Of a stretch of DNA of 64,000 nt, positions 34,472-47,464 are shown one piece after another. The stretch lies in contig NC_087471.1 of NCBI RefSeq assembly GCF_036321535.1, positions 930,001 through 994,000 of the forward strand. Reading direction: 5' to 3'. The stretch is from Camelus dromedarius (Eukaryota). How positions within the stretch are numbered: position 1 is the stretch's first letter; every line of letters starts with the position of its first letter. A program made the translations under genes and the position numbers. The notes beneath the pieces were generated by a model. It was given only the letters and a program-made list of their open reading frames with translations. It made no database searches and was not told the origin of the DNA.

Positions 34472-35422
34472 CTGCAGGGGGCAGACCAGCCGTCAGCACG
34501 CACGCACTCGGGCGCGCAGCACACGCTCCGAGCAAGAGCTGAGGCTTCCCCGAGGTGCAAAGCTCGGGACCCCAGAGTGGGCTTCTTCAAAACATGGAAA
34601 AACTGACGTGACCTTCCCCCAGGAATCCGAAGACACAGTTAAAAAGCACGTGGGAAATGCAACGATCTTTTCGTCCACAAAACACAGCTGTGTCTCATGA
34701 TATGTAATGATTTTCGTCTCTTCGTAAGTGAAAAAAGTGTGTCAAGCTTTTGAAATTAAAAATAAATATTTATCATTTGATAGCTCTCCTAGAAAAGAAG
34801 CCTGCAAAATTCACTAGAAACAGTCCAATTCTAAATACAAGGAGCACAAAGGTCAAGAGAATGAAGGATCTTTTCTCCACCCAGCACCTGGTGTGCAAAA
34901 ACCAAAATTCACGGCCACAAGTGAACACCTTTTGCTTAATGACATGCATGAAAGTTTATGGGCCAGGTCAGCAGGGGTGGGGGGCCCAGCGAGGGGGACC
35001 ATCCCGGGGGTGAGCTCTGAGCACCAGACCACTCACCCAGGTCACAGCCCTGCCTGTGGGCCGCCACCCGGCCTCACTGACCGGTCACACAACACAAGGA
35101 GGCAGCCACACAGGCCTAGAAACCCAATTCACTACTTTCAGAAGAAAATGTGACTCCCATTAATGAATGGAGAGTATCGCTCAACTCTTTGCTGAGAAAT
35201 CGTGTGTTTCTTTTGCAGGAAACAGAAAATGAAACAGAGCTGGTTTCATTACGCAACGTGCATCCCACACGATGCTAATCCCGTGCCAGCCGGACAGCCT
35301 TCCTGTCCGGGGAGCACGTCGCACCAGCTGTCACGCAGCATGCCGAGGAGCAGGGCCAGGGGAAGGGGGAGCGCGCCCGCAGCCCCGCCCCGCCCCGCCG
35401 CCCGCAGCCCCGGCCTGCTCAC

Positions 35423-35579
35423 CGCCCCGGGCTGCGGCGTGGGCACCGGCCCGTTGTAGCGCACCCACTTGGTGTGGGACTGCTCCACCGTGGCACTCTG
35501 CATGTACTTCCCGCTGGCGAAGACCGCCTCGGCCGTGGACAGGTTGTAGGCACACACGGCCGACAGCCCCACGTTGTTC
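35423..35579 (-). CDS. SEMA4D: Semaphorin-4D coding exon 9
   Basis: 157 nt; [27 protein letters not shown]...VPTPQPGA. Confidence 0.97.
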
Positions 35580-35663
35580 CTGGGGGGGAGGGGTGGTGTG
35601 ACTGCCCTGGGTCGGGGGGATGCGGAGAAGACAGCCCCGCCCCCGCCCGCCCCGGGCACTCAC

Positions 35664-35839
35664 AGCTGCGGGGTGAAGACCCCGTAGAACACGGGCTCCT
35701 TCAGGCCCGGGGCCCGGAGGACGAAGACGTCCCGCAGCACGTTGAAGACGAGGTTGCTCTCCGGCCGGGAGCAGATGAGCCTGGCCTTCAGGAAGGAGGT
35801 CCACTTCTTCTGTAAGGTCCTCAAGCCGCCCTGGTCCCC
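35664..35839 (-). CDS. SEMA4D: Semaphorin-4D coding exon 8
   Basis: 176 nt; [28 protein letters not shown]...FTPQL. Confidence 0.97.
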
Positions 35840-36782
35840 CTGAAACCCAAAGACGGGCGTGGCAGGAGGAGGGCAGGCTCCCCCCGCGGGCGGGCGGTAA
35901 GGGACGCACTCGGGCCCAGAACAGCTCTTCTTAACGAAAGGCAGCAGAGGCCGGACGGGCAAGCCGGCTGCAGACCGCTCCGCATCCCCGGCGCGCCTTC
36001 CACAGCAGCTCGCACCCCGGATCCAAGCACAAAACCGAGCCGGCAGGTAACTCCCCCGATGAGGTGTCACCCAGTCGCAGCTAGAGCCGCCCGACTGCCC
36101 ACACCCAGTGTCCCGCAGCAGATGCCCCTTGTCCTCGAACACGGTCACTGCTGCAGCCTTTGGCTCGTGTGCCTCTCCAGACTCAAGGCCCGGCTGTGAG
36201 TGACCTGCGGCACCAGGGGCCGGTGGGCGCACGGGCGCCCCCGTCTGTCTCAGGTCAACTGCGTAGGTGTGGTCTCCCCAAAAGGTGCTCCTCGTGGGAG
36301 ATCAGACCCTCACTTCCCACCGGCCCCCGAGCGACCTGCTGGTCTCTGGACCTGCCAGGTTCTCCAAGAACACTTTTAAGGAAACTGACCACCAAGAGAC
36401 AGTTGTCAACACCCCTGATGTGACTTAAGTCTGGAGAGAAACAGTGAAACTGGGGCGACCAGACACACGTGAAATCGAAGTGTCCTTCTTTATTCTGGAC
36501 ACACTGAAACACGTTCCTCCCCGTCTTCACACTGGAACGGCAAATCCCAATTCCGGGAGAATCTGGCTAATAACAGCACAGGAAAACTAACTTCCTATAA
36601 ACCAGGGGAGGTTGGAGGGAGGTGTGGTCGGCGCAGATCTGACCGCCACACACAGGTGCCGGTGCTCCCGGGGGGACGGAGGCCCGCACCCGACGCCCGT
36701 CCACACCGGCATTTCAGTGGCGCCCAGACGACACGAGGTCACCGAGGGCTGGAACCAAGGAGAAGGGGGGGAGGGCGCTCAC

Positions 36783-36928
36783 CTTGCACACCCTCGCCAC
36801 CCGGGGGATCAGCAGCTTGAAGACAAACTCGTACTCGACAGACACCTCCGTGAAGAAGAAGTAGACCCTGTCGTCCTCGCCGTCGTCCAGGCTCTCTCGG
36901 ATGACGTCAGAAAACACGAAGCTGGGCT
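36783..36928 (-). CDS. SEMA4D: Semaphorin-4D coding exon 7
   Basis: 146 nt; [35 protein letters not shown]...ARVCK. Confidence 0.97.
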
Positions 36929-37683
36929 CTGCAGGGAGCACTCTGGTTGTCCCTGTGCCCACAGAGTGGCCCGGGCGCCCCCTACAAAGGACGTGAGGGG
37001 GGCCCTGCCACGCCCCAGACTAACTCCAGGCCCAGGAAGGGCGGCGGTGCCCAGCACGTCCTCCTCGGCCTAAGGAGATGCCCGAGATGGTGGTTCTGAA
37101 GCACACCCTCCGGGGCCACCCCGAGAACTGAGCTGGGGCTCCCAACAGGCAGGCGGACTGGGGGCCCCAGGGAGCCAGATCCCGCCGTCCCTGGGGACCT
37201 GCTGGAAGATGTGCACCTGCCGGTTCCAACAGCACACGCCTGAAGTGGACAAATCCCTGACCACCAGACCCAGGGGCCCCGAGGCTCTGGCTCTGCCTGG
37301 CTGGCACCCACGAGAACAGTCCTGTGGGAGCAGCTGAGAGCCCCTGCACCGTGAACCTGACGTGGACACACGACGCTTAGAGGTGAGGTTGTAACATCGC
37401 TGCCGATCTGATGAGCCTGGTTCGCCGCTCTGAGCCTCCCAGGTCCATCCTCAAGGGGAGGTAAAGGCAGACTTAAGGCAGCACCCCCTCAGCAGAGCAG
37501 AGAACAGCGAGGGCCCTGGCTGCTGGCCGTGTGGCCCCAGCAGCGCCTGGAGCGCCCTCACTGCGCGGGGGCACACGCGGGCGGGCTGGGAGCCAGGAAA
37601 GGGACAGCCAGAGCCGGGGCCCTGCTGGCGGGGAAGCGACCCCAGCCGGAAAGGCACCTTGGCTGGCGCCACCTGCTCCTTAC

Positions 37684-37797
37684 CGTTCAGCCAGGGTATC
37701 GCGTACTCTGTTCTCAGAGGGCTGTGGGAAGAATTTCGGGAGATGATGGGTTCGCTTCCCAAAAAGTTGTACGACGTCCCGGAATAAAGCTCTCCGT
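37684..37797 (-). CDS. SEMA4D: Semaphorin-4D coding exon 6
   Basis: 114 nt; DGELYSGTSYNFLGSEPIISRNSSHSPLRTEYAIPWLN. Confidence 0.97.
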
Positions 37798-38402
37798 CTT
37801 CAGCGGCCCAGGAGGAGAGCGGAAAAGGGGATCAATGCCAGTGCTGGGGACAGACGCTCAGCGCCACGTTCCCCTTGCCGACCTAACAGCAGTCCTCCCA
37901 GGACCCAGACAGCCCCCCGCCCTGCCGCTGGCCACGTGCTTCTGTTTCGTTTCTGTGACACGGGGCATCTTATGCTCCATGGTAAACTGTACTGCATGGG
38001 CCTTACGGGCAGCAACTAAGCCAAGCAAGGAGATCCTGCCTCCAGCGAATCAGCAAATACACTGGAGGCCGCACACAGGGCTTGGCTGGTCCGCCTCGGG
38101 CGTACAAGGACCACTCCCAGGCAGGCCGGGCTCAGGCACCAACTCTCCTCGAGCGGGGGCACCGACTCGGTGTGACCGACCACGCCAGACGATTTGCACA
38201 AACAAAGGATGTAAAATCTTCTCTCCCCACGGTTCTACCTTGTGGACCGTGGTGGTGGCTAGTTATCCAACCGAACAATGAACTCAAAAGCTGCTATCAG
38301 GGGGCCCGCGGAGAGGCACCTGTACCTCTCGTGAGGACTATGAACATGGGAGCGAAGCAAGGGGGACCCAGGGTCCAGCAGAGCTGAGAGCCAGAAACTC
38401 AC

Positions 38403-38496
38403 CAACCATGACAGACGTGTAGCTCTGCGCAGGGTCAAAGGGACACCTTCCTTTGCCATCTTCATTTTTCCCCAGAAACTGAAAGGATGTTAAGCT
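38403..38496 (-). CDS. SEMA4D: Semaphorin-4D coding exon 5
   Basis: 94 nt; SLTSFQFLGKNEDGKGRCPFDPAQSYTSVMV. Confidence 0.96.
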
Positions 38497-39418
38497 CTAT
38501 AATGGAACGAGAAGAAAGAGGATCACAACGTGTCTGCGTTTCTGCAGTCATAGCGTCGTCTTTGTTGGACCGTTTAATTACAGACTCGCTCTTCTGGGGG
38601 GACGGAGGGGAGAGCGCATGTGTGGCCAGCCCCCGAGTCCCGGTCTGGACGCCGGCGTCTCGGCGTGCTTGCTCTGACACCCTTGAGAGCTCCTTGAGAT
38701 TCTGGAGCCTCGGTTTGCTCCTCTGTAACACAAGCACAGCGGTGCTGATGGCTCGAGGGCCGTCGAGCAGCCAGGGAAACCCAAACACAGGACGTGCTCT
38801 GGAATGAGCAGAGGCCACGTGCAGGATCCTGACGTCCACAGAGATGGCCCTCGTGGCAGCGCGGGACCCGGCCAGCCAACGAACAGATGACAGGAAGAAG
38901 GAGCAGGACCGCCCCCTCATTCTGCCACCAAAACCCACTGCAGATGGATCAGTGACTTGAAGATTAACAATGGGACCGTGCTGCGTGAACAGAGATTTCA
39001 GTCTTAGGACAATCTCGTCACCTAGCGAGAGAGCCCGGATCAAGTCGGGGAGAGAGACAACGGACAGAGCCAACACGTGAAGGACCGGACGGCTCCTGTC
39101 GACAGAAAGAATGAGACAGAGGCCAGCAACAGTGACCACGTGGGGGGAAAGCCTGCAAAACGCGGCGTCTCCACCCCGAACGTGTCACAAGCTTGTTCAG
39201 ATGAGGTAAGAAGGCCTCCAGGAGGAAAATGGTCAAAACACAGCGAGGGAGAGAAAGAAGAAACCCACGGGGCAGCGCAGACAGGAAAGGGTGCTCCGAG
39301 CTACCGGAAACGCAGCAAGCACGCGGAAACGGGCGCGGGAGGCGATTTTCCACCCAGCAGCCTGGAGAAGCTCCAGAAGGGGGACAGCCTGCCTGCGGGG
39401 GGTGGACGAGCCGCCTCA

Positions 39419-39450
39419 CTGTCTGTCTGTCTGTCTGTCTGTCTGTCTGC
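39419..39450 (+). repeat. (CTGT)7 tetranucleotide microsatellite
   Basis: Read directly. Confidence 0.95.
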
Positions 39451-40820
39451 CTGAGGGAGGGAGGGGAAAGTGTCACAGCCACAGGGCAGAGAGGGCCCAG
39501 ACGCACGGGGAAAGCCGCGGCCACGTTTCTAGCAGGCTTCGGTCACCAGGAGTGAACTGGGGCTGCCAGGGCACTCACTTGGCACGACTCACGGGCCGAG
39601 TTCCCAGGGAATGTTTGGGGAAATCTGCGTGAGGGCTGAAGGTGAGGTGACACCGGGGAATTCCTAAGTCTTAGATGTGACGACAGACTTGGCATGACGC
39701 AGGAAAATGTCATTACTCTCGGGCATGTGACAACATTCAGGGGTGACGGGCCACAGCCGAGCACGCCCGCACGTGCACACACACGTGCACGCTCCCCACT
39801 GTGCGGTCCAGGTGCTTGGGACACGCGGGCAGGACCAACTGTGCTGTCGGCTTGAAAAATTTTTTAAATATTGGGAAAAAAATACAGGTCTAGCTTGAAA
39901 TGGAACATACGATTCCCCGACTTCAACAACGTGTCTATGGAACTGAAGTTTAAATTCCACACCCTAAGATTCTGACTAACTAGAGTTTAGCCAGGAAATC
40001 CTTTCACGTACAAAATGTTTCTTATATGACTAACACGCAGTCCGTCACTGAGGACCGCAGGTCTCGGCGTCTCGGAGCACCCCCCACCCCGACACCAACC
40101 TCGGCCGCGGGGTCTGTGGACACAGACGGCCCGGCAGACCCAGGCCACGTGCGGACCCCTCCCCAGGGGTCCGTGTGAATACCAGGCTTTCTAGGCAGGT
40201 CCTTACTTTGCCCACACCTTGTCCTATCCTTTACCTCTGACTCAGGCTTGGAAAATATTTTAAAGTTCCAACTGATTCAGGGTTTTAGCAAAGTAAGCCC
40301 TCCACGCTGGCATACTTCACGTGTGACGGGTGCTAAGTCAGGGTAGAAGGTGGGCCTCATTTTCAACCCTCACGTGCATTTAAAACACTCCTCCTCCCCC
40401 TCTATGGTCGTTACAAATGGCTCATCAGATCCTCTGGGGACGAAGATTACCTCCAGGAGAGACACTGCCCGCTAACACCCTCGCTCCTTCCGGCTCACAG
40501 TCGGCAGGTGAGTCAGCAGTGGCGGGAGGGCGGGGTGAGGGCGGGGGCCCTCTCCCCAGGACCCTGACGCAGCGGAAGGCAACTGAACAGGCTCGGGGCG
40601 AGTCGGGGACGTGACGTGGGTGAGGGAGGGGCGAGGCCCTGCTTCTAAGCCCCAGCACACTGACTCGCCCTTGGAGGAGTGAATTCCAGAAGGGGCATCG
40701 GGGGCAACTCACACCCCAGCAGCCGGCACCGGATGGCAGCGCCCCAGGACCAGAGGGGCAGACACGCTGTCCTGTGGACAGCGGGCCCAGGCGGCTCTGA
40801 AGACCACACGTGGGATGGGG

Positions 40821-41103
40821 ACACACATTCACTCCTCTTGGTTCTGGGGGCAGGACGCCAGGGGTCAGGGTGCCAGCATGGTTAGCTCCTGGCGAGGAGC
40901 CCCTTCCTGGCTGGCAGACAGCGGCCTTCTTGCCGCATCCTCACGTGGTGAGAGAGGGATGTCTCTTCCTCTTCTTGTAAGGCCATCATCCCATCGGATC
41001 GGGACTCCACCCTTATGATCTTGTTTAACTTCACTTATCAGGGAATTCCGGCTTCAACATATGGATTTGGGGGGGGGGGGTCACAGACATTCAGCCCACA
41101 ACA
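40821..41103 (-). mobile_element. MLT1A-like MaLR solo LTR
   Basis: gttctggggg...cttcctggctggcagacagcggccttct...cctcttcttgtaagg...ggcttcaacatatggatttggggg...acattcagcccacaaca. Confidence 0.8.
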
Positions 41104-41513
41104 TACATGAGCCAAGAACAGGGGATGGACCTAGGAGCAGAGGTCCTGGCTTCCCCACTTGGCCAGGACCCAGCACATAGCCAGGGCTCCTCAAACAGTG
41201 TAGAATGTGACAAAGAGAAACAGGCAGGACGCTGGGTCCCGGCTCGCTGTGCTTCTCTGTCAACAACGCCCCTCCCAGGAGGTGCCCCGCTGCCAGCTTT
41301 GCACCGTGGGTCCTGCCCCGGCCACACCCTCAGCCATGCAGAGAGGACGCAGGCTGAGAGGAGGCTGGGAGAGGATGGGGCCTTCGGAGCTGCCCCCACC
41401 CCCACACAGCTGCAGGAAGGAAACCCCCCGGCTCTGCAGAGTGGGGATCACCAGGCGCTGCCCCCCGCCCTGCTCGGCTCTAACTGCTGGCCAGGGACAT
41501 GCCGCAGCCTTAC

Positions 41514-41612
41514 CAGGTGGTCGCAGGCCGGCTGGAACGCGTTGGTCCCGCACACGTAAAGGGCGTTGGCACTCAGCGGCTGCAGCACGCGGATGTAGTT
41601 CAGGCATTCTGT
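41514..41612 (-). CDS. SEMA4D: Semaphorin-4D coding exon 4
   Basis: 99 nt; [33 protein letters not shown]. Confidence 0.97.
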
Positions 41613-43193
41613 CTACAAGGGAAGGAAACGCACGGGTCAACCAGATGTCCTCACAGCTCACCAACGACAGACCCCTGACGACGTGTTCACTGCTGCATGT
41701 CCTCACGCACCGGCCCGGCCCGGCCCGGCCCTGTCCAGCATAAGGGGAGCAGACTCACTGAGATCCGGCCCCATCCCTGGACAAACCTAAATCTGCAGCA
41801 GCCTGAGGGCTTTTGTCTCCGCAGCACCCACAGGCCGCTGTCAGGTGCCAAGTGGATTTCACTTCAGGCACTAATTTGCACTCAGCAAAGATGTGCCAGC
41901 CGAAACAGCAATGGAAGCTGACCTCGAACCTCGCTGGACACCCACCATGGGAGAAGCCATGTTCGCTCTCACTGAGCACACGTGCACGGGGCTGGCAGGC
42001 CCACGGGGAAGTGCGCTGTGCGGAATTCCCTCCGGTTTCCCCTCCTTGGGGGGCCCCAGCCTCCACGCCCCAATGCGTGCAACTGGAAACCGTGCTTGTC
42101 AGGAGAGGGGTGTGTCTCGCCCGCCCAGCTCAGGGCCGAGGCTGGACTAATGAGGGGTCCGCCTCAGAATGCCGCCGAGGAACCCACTATTTCAGGCTGA
42201 AATGCCCTTGGATTATACGAGCCAGTATCTGAAATTATCCCTGCTCAGAAGAGTGTTTTTGTTTTTGTTTGTTTTCTTTTTGCCATGATTGTTCTTTAAA
42301 CTGGCTGGAAGTCACTCATCCTCCCCAAAAAGAACTGGGAGGGGCCCTGACCGCCGCACGGCCCCCATGCGGGGCGGCCAGAGCGCTCGTCCTAATTTAG
42401 CTCCAGGGCTACTCCCTGCAGCGCCTCCTACACTGCAAGGCCTGCATGTTCCCTCGTTTCTCACACTAACTTGAATTTAGTGACTTTAAGTGAAAGTGTT
42501 GAGCATTTTGCTGAAAATAATTTAGCCAAAATTCTCTTCATTTTGGTTTTTAAAAAAAAATTTAACTGTTTTGAAATTAACTGGTAACTACTACAATTTA
42601 CAACTCAGCTGTCTACACCAACTGCCAAGACAGGGTCTTAAATTCTAAGACTCCGACACTGGCCCAGCACCAGTTAGATGCAGGGAGGCCCAGTGGGTGA
42701 GGGGTAACCCGAGCTCGGGACGGAGACAGACCCTCAGCCCAGGGCTCCCAGACGGGCACCAGGTCCAGGTGCCCCGCATCTCCTGGAGAAGGAGCAGACT
42801 CTCAAGGGAGAGGTGCTGCCCCAAATCCAGGACCCCTGCACCCCCCGCCAGGCTGCTGGGGTGCAGGGGCGGCACGAACCCTGCACGCCACACCTTCAGC
42901 CAACAGGCACCAGGCACTGCTTTCTGTAGTCAAAGTTTTAGGCCCTCCGAATAAATTCAGTTCAGATAAACTTTAAAGTAATTTGCAAAAGCTGCGTTTG
43001 GCACCTGCTTTGAGAGCCCCAAGCTCACCAGCTGGGCACAGAGGGGTCACCTGCAGGGGGAGTCAGGAGGACGTGACTGCTAGAATTCTGAGGGCTGGGC
43101 CACCGCCCGGGCGGCGCTGAGCAAGCCGGGGCACGCGGGAGCACGAAGCAACTAAGAAACTGGGCGGCCTTTGAAGTCTGCCGAAGAAGTTAC

Positions 43194-43256
43194 CTGTTTT
43201 GACTTCCCCTTCTCCGCGCATTTGGCTTTTTTATCTTCTGAGACCTTCCAGTAGGC
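43194..43256 (-). CDS. SEMA4D: Semaphorin-4D coding exon 3
   Basis: 63 nt; AYWKVSEDKKAKCAEKGKSKQ, CAG|gtaact. Confidence 0.97.
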
Positions 43257-45833
43257 CTGTGAGGAACAATGAGGGTCCATTTTAGTGCACGTCCCCCTTT
43301 CAAAGGAGATGCTGGCATGAAAAACGTACAGTTTACAAAGCGCATGGCGGCATCTAGAGCACAACTGTTTCCCGAGACGGTAACATCCGAGGCTGCAAAG
43401 TGAGGCTCGCGGAGCAGGCACCGGGGCCCGTGAGCAACGGGGGCCCCGGGCAAGTTCTAGCCGTGAGCCTCCCCCGCAGCCGGGCACCGGGAAGGCTGCT
43501 CCCGGATGACCGTGATGCACAACAAAACAACTGCAAAAACTAAACGTGTACAAGTGGGGAGGACTGAATTATTTACCAAAAAGCTGAACCACCGGCATTT
43601 GCAAGATCAGAGTGGGTTTTTTCATCCCTTCCGAAGAGACTCTGGGGTCCAGTAAAAAGTCTTTGCCGTTTACTTGAACCATCAGAGAAACGGCAGGATG
43701 ATGAGTCTCTAAATGTTACGTGATGGCAGCAGGGGAAGGGGACGGAGCAGCGCGCGGGTGGAGCACCTTCCGCAGACGCGGGAAGCTCTGGGCTCCTGCT
43801 CCGTCCGCACCAGGTCTATGGGTCAGGCTGGCGGCGCCTCGGCCCCTCGCCCTCCAGAGGATGGGGAGCGACAGCCTGCGTCACCGAAGGCTCCCGCACT
43901 CCTGCTCCCCCTCCCCGAGACCCCCCATCTGCCTGTGTGATATTCCAGGACTGATGCCAAATTATAATCTATTTCCCCCCTCGAGAACCAAAGCCGGCCG
44001 TTGGGCGCTCAGAGGTCAGGAGGCACACAGAGCGTCTCCACGGCAGTGAATTGAGTCCCTCAGCAGTGTTGCCAGAGGACTGGGAGTCCCAACCAGGCCC
44101 CACGAAAGCAGAACAAAGCCCCATTGCAAACAGTAGCCGCCTTTAGAAATCAAAATGCGGAGAGTTTAACCATCATCATCTACGCACAACGCCTGAGGAC
44201 GCGGGAACGGAGCTCTGACGGGCCCTTGGCCACATTCCTGGGGTGGCCCTGAGGCGTGGCTGTGGCCCTTTCACTTTTTCTCTTCGTCTACGTCTGCGGG
44301 GCCCAAGGCCTCTCGGTCACCCCAAGGGGCCGCAGTGACCGAGCACCCGCGGGCCGGCGTGTGTGCGTGGTGGAACCGCGGTTCTCCCAGGATGACACCC
44401 TGGAGGGCGGCATCGGCCCCGTCATGGGGAAGGGGGTGCCCAGGGGAAGGGGATGTGAAGGACAGGGGGTGGGGCAGAGTTCCAGGAGGCAGGCCCGGGC
44501 TCCCTCTGCTCTGAGCGCCCTGCAGTTTTACGTGTTTTATTTTCACAGGGTGACGTGGGAATCTCCTTTACGTGAAACAGAAATCAGCCCTACGCCTGAC
44601 TCTGGAGATTAAGACAAAACCAAGCCAAAAAACCAAGGCGTCTGGGGCAGAAAATGCACAAGATGAGTGTGGACTGGCTCGACTCCAGAGAGCAAGAAAA
44701 CCACACCAGCCGCTGGGGTCGCGTCTAAGGACTCGGGAGCCACAGAGAGGCCGTCAGAGGCCAGGAGGGGACAATCCGAGCATTGAGAACAGCTCGGGGC
44801 ACTTCCAACACGTTTAAATCCATGAGTCATGGTCGTGCTGAAAAAATCCATCAAAACACTCACTCTCTCCCTTTGGAGAGAATGAACTCATTATTTTGAA
44901 AACCTGTAAATCGTGGCAAGGATTTCAAGCACTGGTCCTGCCATTCCCAGAGGAACCGGCGTCGGGAGGCGTGATCAGTTGCTGACAGACAACGTGCCAG
45001 CTCACAGGCGGAGAAGGAAAGGCAGAGTTGGAACATCCCATTTCGCAACCCTTAACGTGCGTGTGGCTCTGGGCTGTGACGGGCAGAGGCTGGCTGGAGG
45101 GTCCTGCCTGTTACAGGAGCCAGGCCGAGGCTGGGGGCCGGACAGGACTGCGAGGGGCTTTCCCAGCGAGTGGACCCTGGGCGGCTACCAGAAACAGACC
45201 TCGACAGAGTGCCCGGCCACACCCACAGCCTGGTTTCAACCCGATCAAACAGAACAGTCAAACGTCTTTTACAAGAGAGTCCGTGAAACGGGAACCCTGA
45301 CTATCTGATGACGTTAATGATTCGGACGTGATAATGATACTTTGGTGATTCTAAAGAGAAAAAAAAGGCGTCCTTTCCTATAGGGGATGCCCAGGGAAAC
45401 ACCTGCAGATGAAGAGTGTTTGGGATTTGCCTCACAGCCTCCCGGGGGGCGCAGAGGAGGGGGACACGGGAGGGAGGACGGGGGTGAACCGCTGGCCTGC
45501 AGGAGCCTCGATGGTACAGGGTTCATCACATCACTCCCTCCGCTCCCACGTATGCCTCAGATTTTCAAACATCCTAGATAAAAAGAGGGTGATCCCAGGT
45601 GAGCTGCCAGCCCAGGGAGGACAGAGGCTCCCAGTGGAAACCCCGCAAGGGGGCTTCGTGGACACAGGGCGGAAAGGAAGTTTTGGGAGGAGAGGACCCT
45701 TGGTCCTGGTAGGCGGGCAGGCTGCTCAGCAGGTGTGCAGGACGTCTGTGGGGCCGGCCTTGGGGGTGAGCAGGCCACACGCCAAGCAAGGGTCTGACAC
45801 CCTGGGCAGAGCCCAGCGGAGCCCACGTCATAC

Positions 45834-45979
45834 CTCGTGCAGCTTCCTGGAGATGTTGTGCGCGTTCAAGGCAAACACGGCTTCCCGGGCGCCCACGTAC
45901 AAGGTGTCCTTGTCCTCGCTCAGCAGCAAGGCCGAGTAGTTGAAGATGCCCGGCTCGTGAAACTGCGTCAGCTGCACCT
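45834..45979 (-). CDS. SEMA4D: Semaphorin-4D coding exon 2 (start of sema domain)
   Basis: 146 nt; EVQLTQFHEPGIFNYSALLLSEDKDTLYVGAREAVF...KLHE. Confidence 0.97.
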
Positions 45980-46203
45980 CTGGGGGGGGGGAGGGGCAGG
46001 TCAGGGGGAAGGAGAGAACATTCTGGGTGTTTCTGAGCCTGGACACACCCTGAGCGCCCGGTCTCCTTCCACTGCGCCGTCACGGCCGGACCATGCAGGG
46101 GTCTGCTGCCCCGGTGGCCGGAACTCAGGCACCTTCGGGTGGAGCCGACCCCCCGGGCGGCCACCAGGTATGAGGCCCAGACCCTGCCCCGTGGCTTCCC
46201 AGC

Positions 46204-46316
46204 AGTGTGACCTCTCAGGAATGTGCCCTTCTAGGGACACGACCTCCTGGAAGTGTGACCTCCTCGGAGTGCAGCCTCCCAGCAGCACGACCTCTTCGCG
46301 GCGTCACCTGTGACCT
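46204..46316 (+). repeat. Degenerate 16-bp tandem repeat, about 7 units
   Basis: Consensus about AGTGTGACCTCCYAGG; core hexamers at 46208, 46224, 46240, 46256, 46272, 46288, 46304. Confidence 0.75.
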
Positions 46317-46682
46317 CCCAGGAGACTGCAGACCAGCCCCAAGCTTCTGGCCACCGGGCTTCCCTCCGCCTCCCACCAACCTCCCCTGTATGTGTGTTTG
46401 ACCATCCACCGGTCAGGTTTACAAAGAACATAACTGCTTAGGATTTTCTTATTCAGAAAAAAACCATCTACCTCAACACCTTTAAAATAATCTATTTCAG
46501 CGATTGTATCTTTCAACCCAAACATTTTGTCAAGGATAAACACCCCAAACTTACAAAACACAGAAACCAGTGACTTTTCCACTTACTAGCTGATTGCATC
46601 CAGAGCTGTTTAGGAAAATGAGCGATTTAGGGGTTAGCGATTTAGGAGTAACGCAAGCATATCAACGTTATTGCTATGATTA

Positions 46683-46805
46683 TTGGTTTTTGCGGGGAGG
46701 GTAATCAGGTTTATTTATTTATTTTCAGGGGAGGTACTGGGGGCTGAACCCACAACTTCGTGCAAACTAAGCACACGCTCCACCACGTGAGCTACGCCCT
46801 CCTCC
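46683..46805 (-). mobile_element. Vic-1-like tRNA-derived SINE
   Basis: ggaggtactgggggctgaacccacaac...ctccaccacgtgagctacgccctcc. Confidence 0.8.
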
Positions 46806-47464
46806 TCGCCGACACTATTTCTTTGGAAGATGTCTCTTCTTTTTGACCATCCCAGCGTCAACTCTGAACGTGGCTTTCTGCATATCACCCAAGCTCTGAC
46901 TTTACTTAAGGGGGAGGTGTCCCCGCTCCCCGCTCTCCTCAACGTCCAGTGTTGGCGAGAGATGCTCGCAGGACAAAGGCACCACCGGGCTCTGCGCGGG
47001 GCAGCTCAGCCCTGCAAGGGCCCCGGACCAGGACCAGGAGCGGAGCCCTCAGTCCACTGAGGCTGAAAGTCCGGGGCCCCAAGACACAGCTCCCAAGAGA
47101 GGAAATAAATAAAACGGAAACTAATAAACGGCAAACGAAGACCGCTAGTCTGAAGCTCAACTACACGTAATTCAATGTCCTCGAAGCACGGCCCTCCGTG
47201 TGGTCTGCGTCTGGGCGGCGGGCACCAGACATCAGGCATGAGGACGCTCAGCTTCCTCCCTGGGCCCCTGACTTAAAACCCAAAGCAGCAGGCGGTGCCC
47301 CAGCCCCGCGAGGGGCCGCGGCTATCCGGGCATCTCCCAGGAGCGCGGTGCAGACCCGGCAGACCCAGCGGCTCCCGCGCATCTTCGCATCTTGCATCTC
47401 GACATCTGAGCGGGGGCCGCTCCCTTCAGATGCCGCGGCGCCGCCGACAGGGCTCTGCCCTCAC

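Noticed and set aside
43730-43805. Possible highly diverged Vic-1-like SINE on + strand
   Set aside because: Only loose similarity and no tail or TSD; not supportable without an alignment.
46627-46636. Interstitial telomeric repeat TTAGGGTTAG
   Set aside because: Fewer than two units; compatible with chance.
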